Positions 52,467 to 64,000 of a stretch of 64,000 nucleotides of DNA are shown one piece after another; the stretch's first letter is position 1, and every line of letters begins with the position of its first letter. The position numbers and the translations under genes are program-made. This DNA is from Mobula hypostoma (taxonomy: Eukaryota). The notes beneath the pieces were generated by a model that was not told the origin of the DNA, searched no databases, and worked only from the letters and a program-made list of their open reading frames with translations. The stretch covers positions 93,250,001 through 93,314,000 of the forward strand of contig NC_086097.1 in NCBI RefSeq assembly GCF_963921235.1, given 5' to 3'.

Positions 52467-53295
52467 CTAGCGGAAGTTAGAGAAGTCAATGTTCATGCCA
52501 TCAGGTTGGAGGCTACCCAGACGGAATATAAGGTGTTGTTCCTCCAACCTGAGTGTGGCTTCATCTTTACAGTAGAGGAGGCCGTGGATAGACATGTCAG
52601 AATGGGAATGGGATGTGGAATTAAAATGTGTGGCCACTGGGAGATCCTGCTTTCTCTGGCGGACAGAGCGTAGATGTTCAGCAAAGCGGTCTCCCAGTCT
52701 GCGTCGGGTCTCACCAATATATAAAAGGCCACATCGGGAGCACCGGACGCAGTATATCACCCCAGTCGACTCACAGGTGAAGTGATGCCTCACCTGGAAG
52801 GACTGTTTGGGGCCCTGAATGGTGGTAAGGGAGGAAGTGTAAGGGCATGTGTAGCACTTGTTCCGCTTACACGGATAAGTGCCAGGAGGGAGATCAGTGG
52901 GGAGGGATGGGGGGGACGAATGGACAAGGGAGTTGTGTAGGGAGCGATCCCTGCGGAATGCAGGAGGGGGGGAGGGAAAGATGTGCTTAGTGGTGGGATC
53001 CCGTTGGAGGTGGCGGAAGTTACGGAGAATAATATGTTGGACCCGGAGGCTGGTGGGGTGGTAGGTGAGGACCAGGGGAACCCTATTCCTAGTGGGGTGG
53101 TGGGAGGATGGAGTGAGAGCAGATGTACGTGAAATGGGGGAGATGCGTTTAAGAGCAGAGTTGATAGTGGAGGAAGGGAAGCCCCTTTCTTTAAAAAATG
53201 AAGACATCTCCCTCGTCCTAGAATGAAAAGCCTCATCCTGAGAGCAGATGCGGCGGAGACGGAGGAATTGCGAGAAGGGGATGGCATTTTTGCAT
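52467..53295 (-). pseudogene. Penelope ORF C-terminal part: RT thumb, Cys-rich linker, GIY-YIG endonuclease (uninterrupted, no own start)
   Basis: AIPFSQFLRLRRICS; CKRNKCYTC; GVIYCVRCSRCGLLYIGETRRRLGDRFAEH; VATHFN; EQHLIFRLGSLQPDGMN. Confidence 0.92.
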
Positions 53296-54209
53296 GCCCA
53301 TGGTATTACAGGAAAGATACTAGGATCAACAGAAGATTGGTTGATTAGCAACAGGCAAAGAGTGTGAATGAAGGGTACCCATTCTGGTTGGATGCCAGTG
53401 ACTAGTGGTGTTCCACAGGGGGAGGGATTTGGACTGATTCTTTTCACATTACACGTCAACCGTTTGGATGATGAAATTGATAGTTTTGTTTCCAGTTTTG
53501 AGATGAAACAAAGATAGGGGGAGGGGCAGGTAGTGTTGAAGAAGTGGGGAGTCTGCAGAAGGACTAAAGACAGATTGGCAGAATGAGCAAAAAAATAGCA
53601 GACAGAATATAGTGTTGGGAAGTGTACGGTCATGCACTTTTGTAGAAAAAATAAAGGCTTAATTTTTTTCTAAATGGGGAGAAAATTCAGAAATCAGGGA
53701 TTCAAAGAGACTTAGGAGCCCTTGTGCAGGGCTCCCTAGAGTTGAAGGTAAGGGAGACAAGTGCAATGTTAGCATTCATTTCAGGAGGACTAGAATATAA
53801 GAGCAAGGATGTAATGCTGAGGCTTTATAAGGCATTGATCAGACCGCCTTTGGAGTATTGTGAGCAATCTGGGGCCCCTTATCCAAGAAAAAAAATGCTG
53901 GCATTGGAGAAGGCCCAGAGGAGGCTCATGAAAGTTATCCTGGGAATGAAAGGATTAATGTATGAGGGACACTTGATGACTCTGGGCCCGTACTCTCTGC
54001 AGTTTAAAAGAATGAGAGAGGATCTCATTGAAATCTATTGAATATTGAAAGCACTACACAAAGTGGATGTGGAGAGGATGTTTACTATAGTGGATGAGTC
54101 TAAGACCAGAGGGACGTCCATTTAGAACAGAGATGAGGGGAAATTTCTTTAGCCAGTGGAATTCATTGCCACATGGGGCTATGGAGGTGGTCATCAGAGG
54201 CAGAGTGGC

Positions 54210-56270
54210 GGCTATGGGACTGGGCCATGTTCAGGACTCAGAGGACCTGAACCAATACATCACTGTTATCACAAACTTTAAGAGGCCCTCATGGGTGAGT
54301 GTGTATCTACAAAATCATTCAGTCTTCCTCAACCAGAAGCACTGGACCCACAGCCTGCTGAGGGCTAGATTGGTGGAGCTCAGAACTGGTGATTCAGTAA
54401 AGTATAAAAGGAGTAAGCCATCTCATTTGTGAAGTAGCATTTTCAGACCAAACTTGAATCAGAGGAATGCTTGACAGTGGTAGCAGGGCTTGAATGCCAT
54501 CACCTCCTTCAAAGCAAAACCGAGCAACATAAATGACAACAAGGTTTCTCTTCCAAATGAGCTTAATGCCTTTTAAGCTCGCTTTGACTGGTGGTTGGGG
54601 GGCAGGTGAGGTCTGGGCCTGACGTCCTGCTCACCCAGGGAAAGTGTGTGCACAACACATCGCCTCTCCTTTCCTGGTGTAGTGATTGCCGCATGGTCAC
54701 TGTCTGGCCTGCTAGGCAGGAGGCCACTGCAAATGGCCTCTCCTCCATTACTGCGTCCATAGCAACACCTTCTCGTCCGTGCCCCTGTTTCCAGCAAGCT
54801 TGCTGCGTCATGGCACGACCGAGTGTCTGGCGGTATAACTGGATGGGTAGGCTGTGCTCGTTAGCCTTGGTTGGCAGCCAGCCTAAGAGAAGGACAACTC
54901 TGACTCCAAATTTGGGCAGGTGGGGCTTGTTAGCCTTGTCAAGCCATCCACCCAGGAGAAGGACACTCTGATGTAACTCCTAAAACCCAAGAACCTCGCT
55001 GTCACCGTCCCAGCTTGCTAGGCTATGGCAGATGAACCCTGGGTGTAAAGGGTGGGGCCAATACCAGGCACACTGCACTCCACCTAAAATACCATTGTAC
55101 AGGCCGAAGGACACGTCCACGTCTACGAACATCCTCCCCGACAGCCGCTGTGGCCGGACCTCCCTGTCCCATATTGGCCTCGTCAGCCACCAGCAAGGCT
55201 GCAGCAGACGTGGGCAGCCCCCTTCCTAAATCTTCGTTCGCAAAGCCAAGCCATAAAACATGGAGGCACTTTCAGGAACACTCAGTGACGATGCTGAGAT
55301 TTTAGTCCCTGAGGCCAACGTAAGAGTATCCTTCAGGAGGGTGAACAATGGAAAGCATCTGGCTCAAACTGTGTACCTGGCTGAGTACTGAAAACCAGGG
55401 CTAATCAACTGGCTGGAGTGTTTACTGACATCTTTAACCTCTTGCTTTGGCAGTTTGAGGTACCCATCTGCTTTAAGCAGGCTTCAATCATAAATGGTGC
55501 CCAAGAAGAATGTGGTAACCTGCTTCAATAGTTATCACCCAGTAGCACTTACATCCACTGTGATGAAGTACTTTGAGAGATTGGTCATGAAACACACCAG
55601 CTCCTGCCTGAGGAGTAGCTTGGATCTGCTCCAATTTACGTAGCATCACAACAAATCAACAGCACATGCAATTTCATTGGCTCTTCACTCTGCTCTGGAT
55701 CATCTATACAATGAAGATGCATATATCAGGACACTTCATTGACTACAACTCACCAGGCAACGCTATCATCCCTTCAAAACTAATCAATAGCCTCCAAGAC
55801 CTAGGCCTCGACAACTCCTTGAGTAACTGGATCCTTGAGTTCCTCACTTGTAAACCCTAGTCAGTACAGATCAGCAACAACATCTCCTCCACAATCACCA
55901 TCAGCACAGGGGGAACTCAAGGCTGTGTGCTTAGCCCCCTGCTCTACTCACTTGGGCTGTCTGGTTAATTACAACTCTAACGCCATATCTAAGTATGATG
56001 GTGATACCACCGTTGTTGATCAAATCAAAGGTGATGACAATCAGCATATTGGTTGGAAATTTAAAATCTGGTTGAATGGTTGCACAACATCTCACTCAAC
56101 ATCAGCAAAACCAAAGAGTTGATTATTGCCTACAGAAGGAATAGATTGAAGGTCCATGAGCCTGTGCCCATTAGGGATTCGAAGAGGGTCAATTACTTTA
56201 AATTCCTTGGCATTATCATATTAGCGGTTCTGTCCTAGGATCAGCATGCAAGTGCCATCACAAAGAAGTT
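54210..56270 (+). mobile_element. Degenerate Rex1/Babar-type LINE
   Basis: [17 protein letters not shown] near 55540; IIPSKLINSLQDLGL...NWILEFLT (55760-55850). Confidence 0.8.
54585..55255 (+). mobile_element. Internally deleted RTE-related element
   Basis: Ends with RTE-like C-terminal motif CGRTSLSHIGLVSHQQGC and tail aagccaagcc; interrupts the Rex1/Babar copy. Confidence 0.6.
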
Positions 56271-56451
56271 TTATTGTTATAGAGTATGGAACAAGCCCTT
56301 CCAACCCAATGAGCCAAGCCACGCCACCCAGCAAACCACTTATCACCCTAGCCTAATCACAAGTTACAATAATCAAGTAACCTACTAACTGGTACATCTT
56401 TGGAATGTGGAAGGAAACCCACCATTCACAGGGATGAACGCATGAACTTTT

Positions 56452-58050
56452 TACATAGAAACATAGACATAGAGCATAGAAAAACTACAGCAAAATACAG
56501 GCCCTTCCACACACTCACCACTCTCTGCGTAAAAAACCTAAACCTGACATCTCCTCTGTACCTGCTTCCAAGCACCTTAAAACTGTGCCCTCTCATGTTA
56601 GCCATTTCAGCCCTGGGAAAAAGCCTCTGACTATCCACACGATCAATGCTTCTCATCATCTTATACACCGCTATCAGGTCACCGCTCATCCTCCGTCACT
56701 CCAAGGAGAAAAGGCCAAGTTCACTCAACCTATTCTCGTAAGGCATGCTCCCCAATCCAGGCAGCATCCCTGTAAATCTCCTCTGCACCCTATCTATGGT
56801 TTCCACATCCTTCCTATAGTGAGGTGGCCAGAACTGAGCACAGTACCCCTAGTGGGGTCTGACCAGGATTCTATATAGCTGTAACATTATCTCTCAGCTC
56901 TTAAACTCAATCCCATGGTTGATGAAGGCCAATGCACCATATGCCTTTTTAACCATGGAGTCAACCTGCGCAGCAGCTTTGTGTGTCCTATGGACTCGGA
57001 CCCCAAGATCCCTCTGATCCTCTACACTGCCAAGAGTCTTACCATTAATACTATATTCTACCAAAATGAAACACTTCACACTTATCTGGGTTGAACTCCA
57101 TCTACCACTTCTCAGCCCAGTTCTGCATCCTATCGATATCCCGTTGTAACCTCTGACAGCCCTCCACACTATCCACAACACCCCCAACCTTTGTGTCATC
57201 AGCAAACTTACTAACCCATCCCTCCACTTCCTCATCCAGGTCATTTATAAAAATCACGAACAGAAGGGGTTCCAGAACAGATCCCTGAGGCACACCACTG
57301 GTCACCGGCCTCCATGCGGAGTATGACCCATCTACAACCACTCTTTGCCTTCTGTGGGCCAGTTCTGGATCCACAAAGTAATGTCCCCTTGGATCCCATG
57401 CCTCCTTACTTTCTCAATAAGTCTGGCATGGGGTACCTTATCAAGTGCCTTGCTGAAATCCATATACACTACATCTACTGCTCTACCTTCAACAACGTGT
57501 TTAGTCACGTCCTCAAAAAATACAATCAGGCTCGTAAGGCAGGATTTGCCTTTGATAAAGCCATGCTGACTATTCCTAATCATATTATGCCTCTCTAAAC
57601 ATTTATAAATCCTGCCTCTCAGGATTTTTTCCATCAACTCATCAACCACTGGTCTATAATATCCTGGGCTATCTCTACTCCCTTTCTTGAATAAGGGAAC
57701 AACATCTGCAACTCTCCACTGGAACCTCGTTGATGATGCAAGGATCATTGCCAGAGGCTCAACACTCTCCTCCCTCGCCTCCCACAGTAGCCTGGGGTAT
57801 ATCTCGTCCGGTCCTGGAGACTTATCCAACTTGATGCTTTCCAAAAGCTCCAGCACATCCCCTTTCTTAATATCTACATGCTCAAGCTTTTCAGTCCACT
57901 GCGAGTCATCCCTACAATTGTCAAGATCCTTTTCCGTAGTAAATACTGAAGCAAAGTATTCATAAGTACCTCAGCTATCTCCTCCGGTTCCATACACACT
58001 TTTCCACTGTCAGACTTGATTGGTCCTATTCTCTGATGTCTTATTCTCTC
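56452..58050 (-). mobile_element. Second-family CR1, RT to 3' end
   Basis: ORFs 57332-57856 (DKSPGPDEIYPRLL, YMDFSKALDKV), 57102-57374 (KFADD), 56426-56689. Confidence 0.9.
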
Positions 58051-58139
58051 ATCTTTACAGATGACATTGGAATTAAATTCCAAACTCCGATGCCCCGAGC
58101 TGTGATAGTGTACACTAACCACTATCCTATCCTGGCACT

Positions 58140-58780
58140 GTCAAGAAGACATGGCAGTGACTCTACTTTCTTAGAAGTTTGCTCCGATTCGGCATGTGAT
58201 CTACAACTTTAACAAACTTCTATAGATGCACGGTGGAGGTCTCCTTGGAAAGGGAAAAAAAAGTCAACATTTTAGGCTGAGACCCTTCATCAGGACTTCT
58301 CATTTTCTCAGCCCAAAATGTCAACTGTTTTTTCCTTTCCATAGATGCTGCCTGGCTTGCTGAGTTCCTCCAGTATTTTGTGTGTGTTGCCTTGGATTTC
58401 CAGCATCTAGAGATTTTCTTGCAGGAAGTATCCCGGCTTGTTGCATCCCAATGCCCAAGAACAGAAGAGCCTACAAAAAGTCCATCAGACAAAAGCGCTG
58501 CCACAAGAAAGTAGCATCCACAATCCAGGCCATGTTCTTGTCTTGCTGCTGCCATTAGGAAGGAGGTACAGGAGCCTTGGGTCCCACACCACCAGGTTCA
58601 GGAACAGTTGTTACCGTTCAACCATTAGGCTCCTGAACCAACATAGATAACTTCACTCACCACAACATTGAACTAATCACTGAACACAACATATGGACTC
58701 ACTTTCATGAATTTTACAGCTCGTTTTCTCAAATTATTTTATTTATCAGTATTTGCACAGTTTGTCTTTTTTGTTCATTA
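58140..58780 (+). mobile_element. Rex1/Babar 3' fragment containing an inverted Penelope-end pair (about 58245-58420)
   Basis: LPLGRRYRSL...RFRNS...STIRLLN; minus-strand agtcCTGATGAagggtctcagcct at 58275-58297. Confidence 0.7.
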
Positions 58781-59269
58781 GTATCTAAACTAGAAGGCAT
58801 AGGTTTAAGGTAAAGGGTTTAAAGGGAATCTGAGAAAGAATTTTTCACTTTGACTATGGCTGGAAACTGGAACACTCTGCCTGAATGGGCGGTGGTAGCA
58901 GGGACTGTTCTAACAATATTCTCACTTATGTATTTGGCTGGGCAATTTATTCACTGCAGCACAGAAGGCCATGGATCAATTGTTGATAAATAGCCTTACA
59001 GTAGAAAGGCACTTGCTATCAACACAGACATGATTTTGCAGAGGGCCCTTTTTCTGTGCTGTATGACTCAATGTTCACAATTGATTGAGTATAGTAGAAA
59101 AGGTTGAGAAACATTTAAAAGGATACTAGACAACTGGGTGACCCGTTGGGGCACCTTTTGAGAGAAAGGTAGAGCAGTGTGATGTGATGTGCTTTGGAAA
59201 TTAAAGAAGAAGAACTCAGTGTATTAAAGAAGAAAGACGCGCGGCAAGACAAATATTGCTCCTCCTTGT

Positions 59270-59725
59270 TTAACAAAGGACACTTTTTATGACCACATCT
59301 CTCGCAATAATTACTCTGTGCCACATATTCTCGAGTTGATCTTTCCTTTACTCCTCTGTCTCTACCTCTCTTCTCTTTCTCTGTCTGTTTTTGTCATTCT
59401 GGAGACGTGCAGCCCTTTCATCTTTCATTTCTTCATCTCTTCTACCATCTGTTTTTTCCCTCTGATCTTGCAGTTATGCGGCCCTGGCCTGATCGGATTC
59501 TTGTTCTCTCCTCCATCTGTGCCTATTGTTGTCATTTTGGCGACGTGCATGCTTCTCCTCCTCTGTCTCTTCTTCTCTCATCTTTTTTGTCCTGACTCTT
59601 TGATCCTGGAGTCATGCGGCCCTGGCCTCATCTGATTGTTGTTCTCTCCCTCTCCCTGCCGCTTCCCGACGACGTTTGACGTCATCTCTTGACCATAATG
59701 CCCCTCTTCTCTTTCCACGCGGCAT
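59270..59725 (-). pseudogene. Decayed STPR-like (23-aa repeat) N-terminus of a Helitron protein
   Basis: MPRGKRRG..., one frameshift, then EQQSDEARAA*LQDQRVRTKKMR / EEETEEEKHARRQNDNNRHRWRR / EQESDQARAA*LQDQREKTDGRR / DEEMKDERAARLQNDKNRQRKRR / EVETEE*RKDQLENMWHRVIIAR. Confidence 0.8.
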
Positions 59726-59886
59726 AATTAGGCTATCCATATATTTTTACCCTAATGTTTGATAGAAGATAGGAAGCAGTAACACCAAAGCCTCCAGGAT
59801 GCTGATTTTTCTTGATGATGTGGTTGGTGCTCTCCTAAATGGACATGATAGCCCTGCCCTTTTGCTGCGGTTGGAGTGGCTGCTGT

Positions 59887-60213
59887 GAGCATCGTGAGGC
59901 ACTGCTGAGGCTGGCCGTGCGCATGCATCGTGGTGTGGCGTCGCGGTCTCCATGGAAGGTGGAAGTGGCTCTGTGAGCATCACGAGGCGGTGCTGAGGCT
60001 GGCCGTGCGCATGCATCGTGGTGTGGTGTCGCGGTCTCCGTGGAAGGTGGAGCTGGCTCTGAGCATTGTGAGGTGGTGCTGAGGCCGGCCGTGCGCATGC
60101 GTCGTGGTGTGGCGTCGCGGTCTCCATGGAAGCTGGAGCTGGCTCTGAGCATTGTGAGACGCTGCTGAGGCTGGCTGTGCATGTGCGTCGGGCTGTGGCG
60201 TCCCGATTTCCAT
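59887..60213. repeat. GC/CpG-rich minisatellite, 86-88-bp unit, about 3.8 copies, inside the Helitron
   Basis: Units start at 59887, 59975, 60061, 60147. Confidence 0.95.
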
Positions 60214-62509
60214 GATGGCCGATCAGGTCTCGGGTGAAAGGCAGCCTGTTGATTTTTGACGGATGAGCAATTTTATACGAATATATAACCCTGAACTTTG
60301 CCTGAATTCTGTAAGTTAATACATTTTAATCGATATAGCCGAAAAAAGTGCCGCTGTAATGCACAGTTTGCACTAATTGAAGGTGACAAACAGACAGACA
60401 GAGTAGGAGAGTTTTAGTAGTATATAGATATCAGATCCTGGGCTTTATAAACAGGCACACTGAATGCAAATGCAAGGAAGTCTCAGTAAACTGTTTTAGA
60501 CACAGTTGAAGTGTTATGCCCAGTTCCAAAGGCCAAACATTAAGAAAATTGTTAATATCTCAGATAAAGTAGAGAGAAGTAATCGATGAAGTAGAAGAGA
60601 TTGATAAGTGATCTGATGGAGATCTTTAAGGGTCTATACAGGGTGGAAATAAACTGTGAGGGAATAAAGAGAGAAAAATTCCAAGGAAGGCAATGGCCAA
60701 GAACCAAACATGATGAGGAAAAGCCTTTAACCAGTGAGTAGTTTGGATCTGTTGTGCGCTGTCTAGACCTTTAGTGAGGCAGTTTCAGTTATGGCAGAGG
60801 AAAGAAAATGTAAGGTGTTGGGGAGAAGGTGAGGACTGGAAAGAACTGGTTTGTTCTTGCACAGGGCCAGCATGTGCTTGATGGGACTAATGGCCTTGCT
60901 GTGCTATAACCTTTCTATGAGAGACTGCAAAGGTTTATAGAAGCTTTCTGAAACAAGACCTGCTGCCTGCTGGTGCGTAACTGAACTACAAAGACATTGC
61001 AGTGCACACTTGGGTAACGGGATTCATTCAACATGCTGCAAAGGGCTCACAGGCACTAGTTCAGAATGCAGCAAGCAGAACAACATTTTCTTCATCTGAG
61101 CCAAACAGCGCATCACTTTAGAAGGAACCTGCTTGGGTATTGGCAGGGGTGACTAGCTATCTTTACTCGCAAGGAATATATGATAAATAAATATTGGAAA
61201 GATTGAGGAATTGAGGGGTATAGAGAAATGGCATAGAAGAGGAATTGAGTCCAGCATAAATCAGTATGACTATAGTAGGCCTAGTGGCCCACTCCTGTTC
61301 CTATCCTTTAGTGATGGGCCATGAATATTACAGCAACAAGCTATAAACCAACACATTCATAAACTGACTGTCACAGAAACATTATTTTGCATGTCAGAGG
61401 TAAGCCTCAATGCTTTTACACTCAATCTCCCATCTTTTACTTGTGACATGGGTAAGATCATTGCTGGAGCACAAGACACGTTCTGCAGGTATGACAGGTG
61501 GCCTTCTTGCAAATCCAGACCACAGTCAGGTGGTCAAAGTCAATTCTGCTATAAAACTGGAGCCCAGTCTAAGCTCAACCTGATGATCATTTCTCTGCAG
61601 AAACACACAAAAAGCTGGAGCAACTCAGCAGGTCAGGAAGCATCGATAGACCCATGCTAAAATCTACAGTCTGTTTCTGTGCAGGAACATGCACCTCCCT
61701 ACATTACCTCTCTCTCTTCTACCTATCTTATATTTCACCTCCCTCCTCCCTCTCTCCCACCCACTGCCAGCATGACACATAGCTAGGCCCAAACTAAGTA
61801 TGAATGTATCATGTTGAAATTTTCAGGTCCAGTTAACTTCACAAGAGTCCAGCACTCCTGCAGTACAGCACTGGTGCCAATGCAATCTAGATTCTGGGTT
61901 CAGCACTTACATTTCAAACCATGACCCTTTTTATTAACTCAGAAGTGTACCTCAACTTCACATCTAAGCTATTAAAAGCTGAGGCTTTCAAGAAGATTGA
62001 AATGAAGCTAATCAACGCCAAAAGCAGTGTCACGATGTAAAATCCCTAATCTTTCCATTTGGTGTTAGGAAGGGATGACTAAAAGAAACAAACTACTTGA
62101 GTACAAGTTACAATGAATGAATTTTAAATTAAAAAAACAAAATCAGTAATGAAATAAAATTTACAATTACAGGGGTCAATCATTGTGGTTAATGTTGAAT
62201 ATGACAGAAAATTTGAATTACTTCTGTCACCTGAAGTGCAACAGATATTGATAGCATTGTGTATGCGTCAGAGTATGATCAGTGCTATAGATTTCTCTTT
62301 GCATTATTCATCAGAAGTGAATCACTGGTCATTACTCTGAAATACATTCAAAATCACTACAATCTGCAAAATCAGAGCTCACAGACACACTGAAAGAGAG
62401 AAAGTAACCAGGGAGATTAGATTTAAAAGGTACAAATGAAATGGACTACCTGGGGAAGTGAAAATGTACAAGTAAAGACATTGGAGAAAATGGTAATTGT
62501 TTCAAGAAG

Positions 62510-63200
62510 AGTCATTACATTTCTCTGCACATCACACATAACCTCTCATGGTCTTAGGACACATCCTACACAGTCGAGAAAGCTCACTAACACCTCTATT
62601 TTCTGAGGAAGCTTAAGAGAGCTGGACTTTGCACACCCATTCATCATTCTACAGGTGTGCAGTGGAGAGCATCCTAACAAACTGCATCACTGCTTGGTAT
62701 GGAAACTGCACTGCAGGGGACAGGAAGGCTTTACATGGGTAGTCAAAGTTGGCATCATATCACTGGCACCAGACTACCCACCATCAACAACATATATACA
62801 GAAAGGTGATGGAAAAGGGCCAGTAACATCATGAAGGATCCCACAGACTTTGCTCATGGACTGTTTGTCCCACTCCCATCAGGGAGGAGGCTACATAGTA
62901 TCTACATCAGGACCACCAAACACAGAAACGTTCACTTTCCCCAACCGGTAATACTGATCAACACCTCCATTCACTAATTCCACCACTACTTTATTATTTC
63001 CCATCAGTCACCGTATGAACAGCCTAGCTTCGCTTTCTAGACTTACTAACAATGTAAATGAGCTATCTTAAGTATTTATATTTATTGTGTGTTTTCTAAT
63101 ATTATTGTGATTTTTCTGTGCTATATTGGATCTGGAGTAACAACTAGTTTGTTCTCCTTATACTTGTGTACAGGAAATGACATTACATAATCTTCAATCT
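62510..63200 (+). mobile_element. Rex1/Babar-type LINE 3' fragment
   Basis: FYRCAVESILTNCITAWYGNCTA; similar to 5530-6018. Confidence 0.8.
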
Positions 63201-63486
63201 GGCATTAAAAAGGTATAACTTTGGTCAAGTGATTATTGCACACCCTGGCCTTAACTACAATGAAATTAAAAATGAAAGAGTTGCATAATCTGCTCCATCA
63301 ATATTGCTAATTTTTATGTCGAGTGGAAAAATTACCTATTTTTTTCATACAAGATGTTTGCAGGTTTTGCAATTGTATTCCATTAAAGGATTGGCAAAAG
63401 GGTTATAATTGATCAGTATGTCACATCTATTGGTCAGAATGAAGTAAAAGTCCTTGAACCCATACCATTATCATTAAGCTGTAAAG

Positions 63487-64000
63487 CAGTGATTCCCAGT
63501 GGTGGCAGTAATCACTGCTTTAGAGCTTAATAATATTGATACAGGTTCAAGGGGGCATTAGGGGAAATAGAAGTCATTGGGGGCGGGTACAAGATCCATG
63601 GGGGGCATAAGCAACACCCTAACTTGAGGAATGAGACCTGACCAACCACGTCAACTCACTGCAGTCGTCTACATTCAATAAGCATTCCCAATTTGTGTTA
63701 ATTTTTAATTTTAACTTAGCCCAGTTAATGATGGATAAATACATATGATGTGATCTCTAGAAGTCTGAAGGTGGTGAAACTTTAATTCTAATCCTGCTAA
63801 AAAAACAGAAACTACAGAAAGTGCATTAATTCAATGTTACATACCTGGATTATGGTTTTATTCCGTTCTCGTCAGATCAGCAGCATCCCATGTGTCTTAA
63901 TTGTAATACTGTAATGTCTAATGAAGCCATGAAATCATTAAGGAATACTTCCATAAAAGACACCCTGAAAAGGCTACTTGTGATACTACTCAGCTCCAGA
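63487..64000 (+). mobile_element. 5' end of a hAT (Charlie/Buster-type) transposon with a BED zinc finger remnant, running off the window
   Basis: Terminus cagtgattccca; YLDYGFIPFSSDQQHPMCLNCNTVMSNEAMK...HKRHPEK at about 63840-63972 (frameshifted). Confidence 0.8.

Larger units (their letters stand above)
52040..53295 (-). mobile_element. Young 5'-truncated Penelope-like element with 10-bp TSD
   Basis: TSD gcccatggta at 52030-52039 and 53296-53305; open RT-thumb/linker/GIY-YIG frame; pyrimidine-rich 3' UTR and pLTR end. Confidence 0.95.
49240..54185 (+). mobile_element. Old CR1 ORF2 hosting a young CR1 and a Penelope element
   Basis: KSPGPDGLHPRFLKEVAEE (49415-49657); resumes at 52015-52039 and 53296-54185. 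Confidence 0.85.
59126..60428 (-). mobile_element. Complete non-autonomous Helitron, 1303 bp
   Basis: 5' end A|TCTATATACTACTAAAA followed by (TCTG)n; 3' end hairpin CAACGGGTCACCCAGTTG (59131-59148) then TCTAG|T; inserted between A and T with no TSD. Confidence 0.88.

Noticed and set aside
52467..53633. 388-aa ORF as a full GIY-YIG gene
   Set aside because: The N-terminal ~110 aa are antisense read-through of the host CR1 beyond the TSD
59115..59324. CERCGHKKC as a zinc finger or piggyBac Cys-rich domain
   Set aside because: Alternative frame at the Helitron 3' end with no true ATG; no TTAA sites or TIRs
59747..60213. Repetitive His/Pro/Ala-rich ORFs
   Set aside because: Translations of a GC-rich minisatellite whose 86-88-bp units do not preserve frame

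Overview
Eukaryotic, repeat-saturated vertebrate DNA. The repeat mix (CR1 with SGNH-esterase ORF1, Rex1/Babar, RTE, Penelope, V-SINE/HE1-like SINEs) suggests a cartilaginous fish, probably a ray; this is inference. No host protein-coding gene can be confidently identified, so the window looks intergenic or deep-intronic. Nearly all long ORFs are retroelement remnants, their antisense shadows, or chimeras across insertion junctions. The window is built from nested transposon stacks: a near-full-length old CR1 (about 10.8-18.3 kb) with at least 7 insertions, a Rex1/Babar LINE carrying a hAT element that itself carries a solo LTR, and further CR1 nests. Best signals the ORF track misses: (1) a complete 1.3-kb non-autonomous Helitron (59126-60428) with a decayed STPR-repeat ORF and an internal CpG-rich minisatellite; (2) a young Penelope element with an open GIY-YIG frame, a 10-bp TSD and a minimal hammerhead ribozyme motif, plus tiny Penelope-end insertions in inverted arrangement; (3) three independent fold-back (templated inverted) insertions, including a perfect 34-bp palindrome, two of them at hAT termini; (4) a hAT MITE enclosing an internal LINE fragment. 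I cannot show from the sequence alone that any of this is a previously undescribed system. Family names come from motif recognition by eye, and boundaries of old repeats are approximate.
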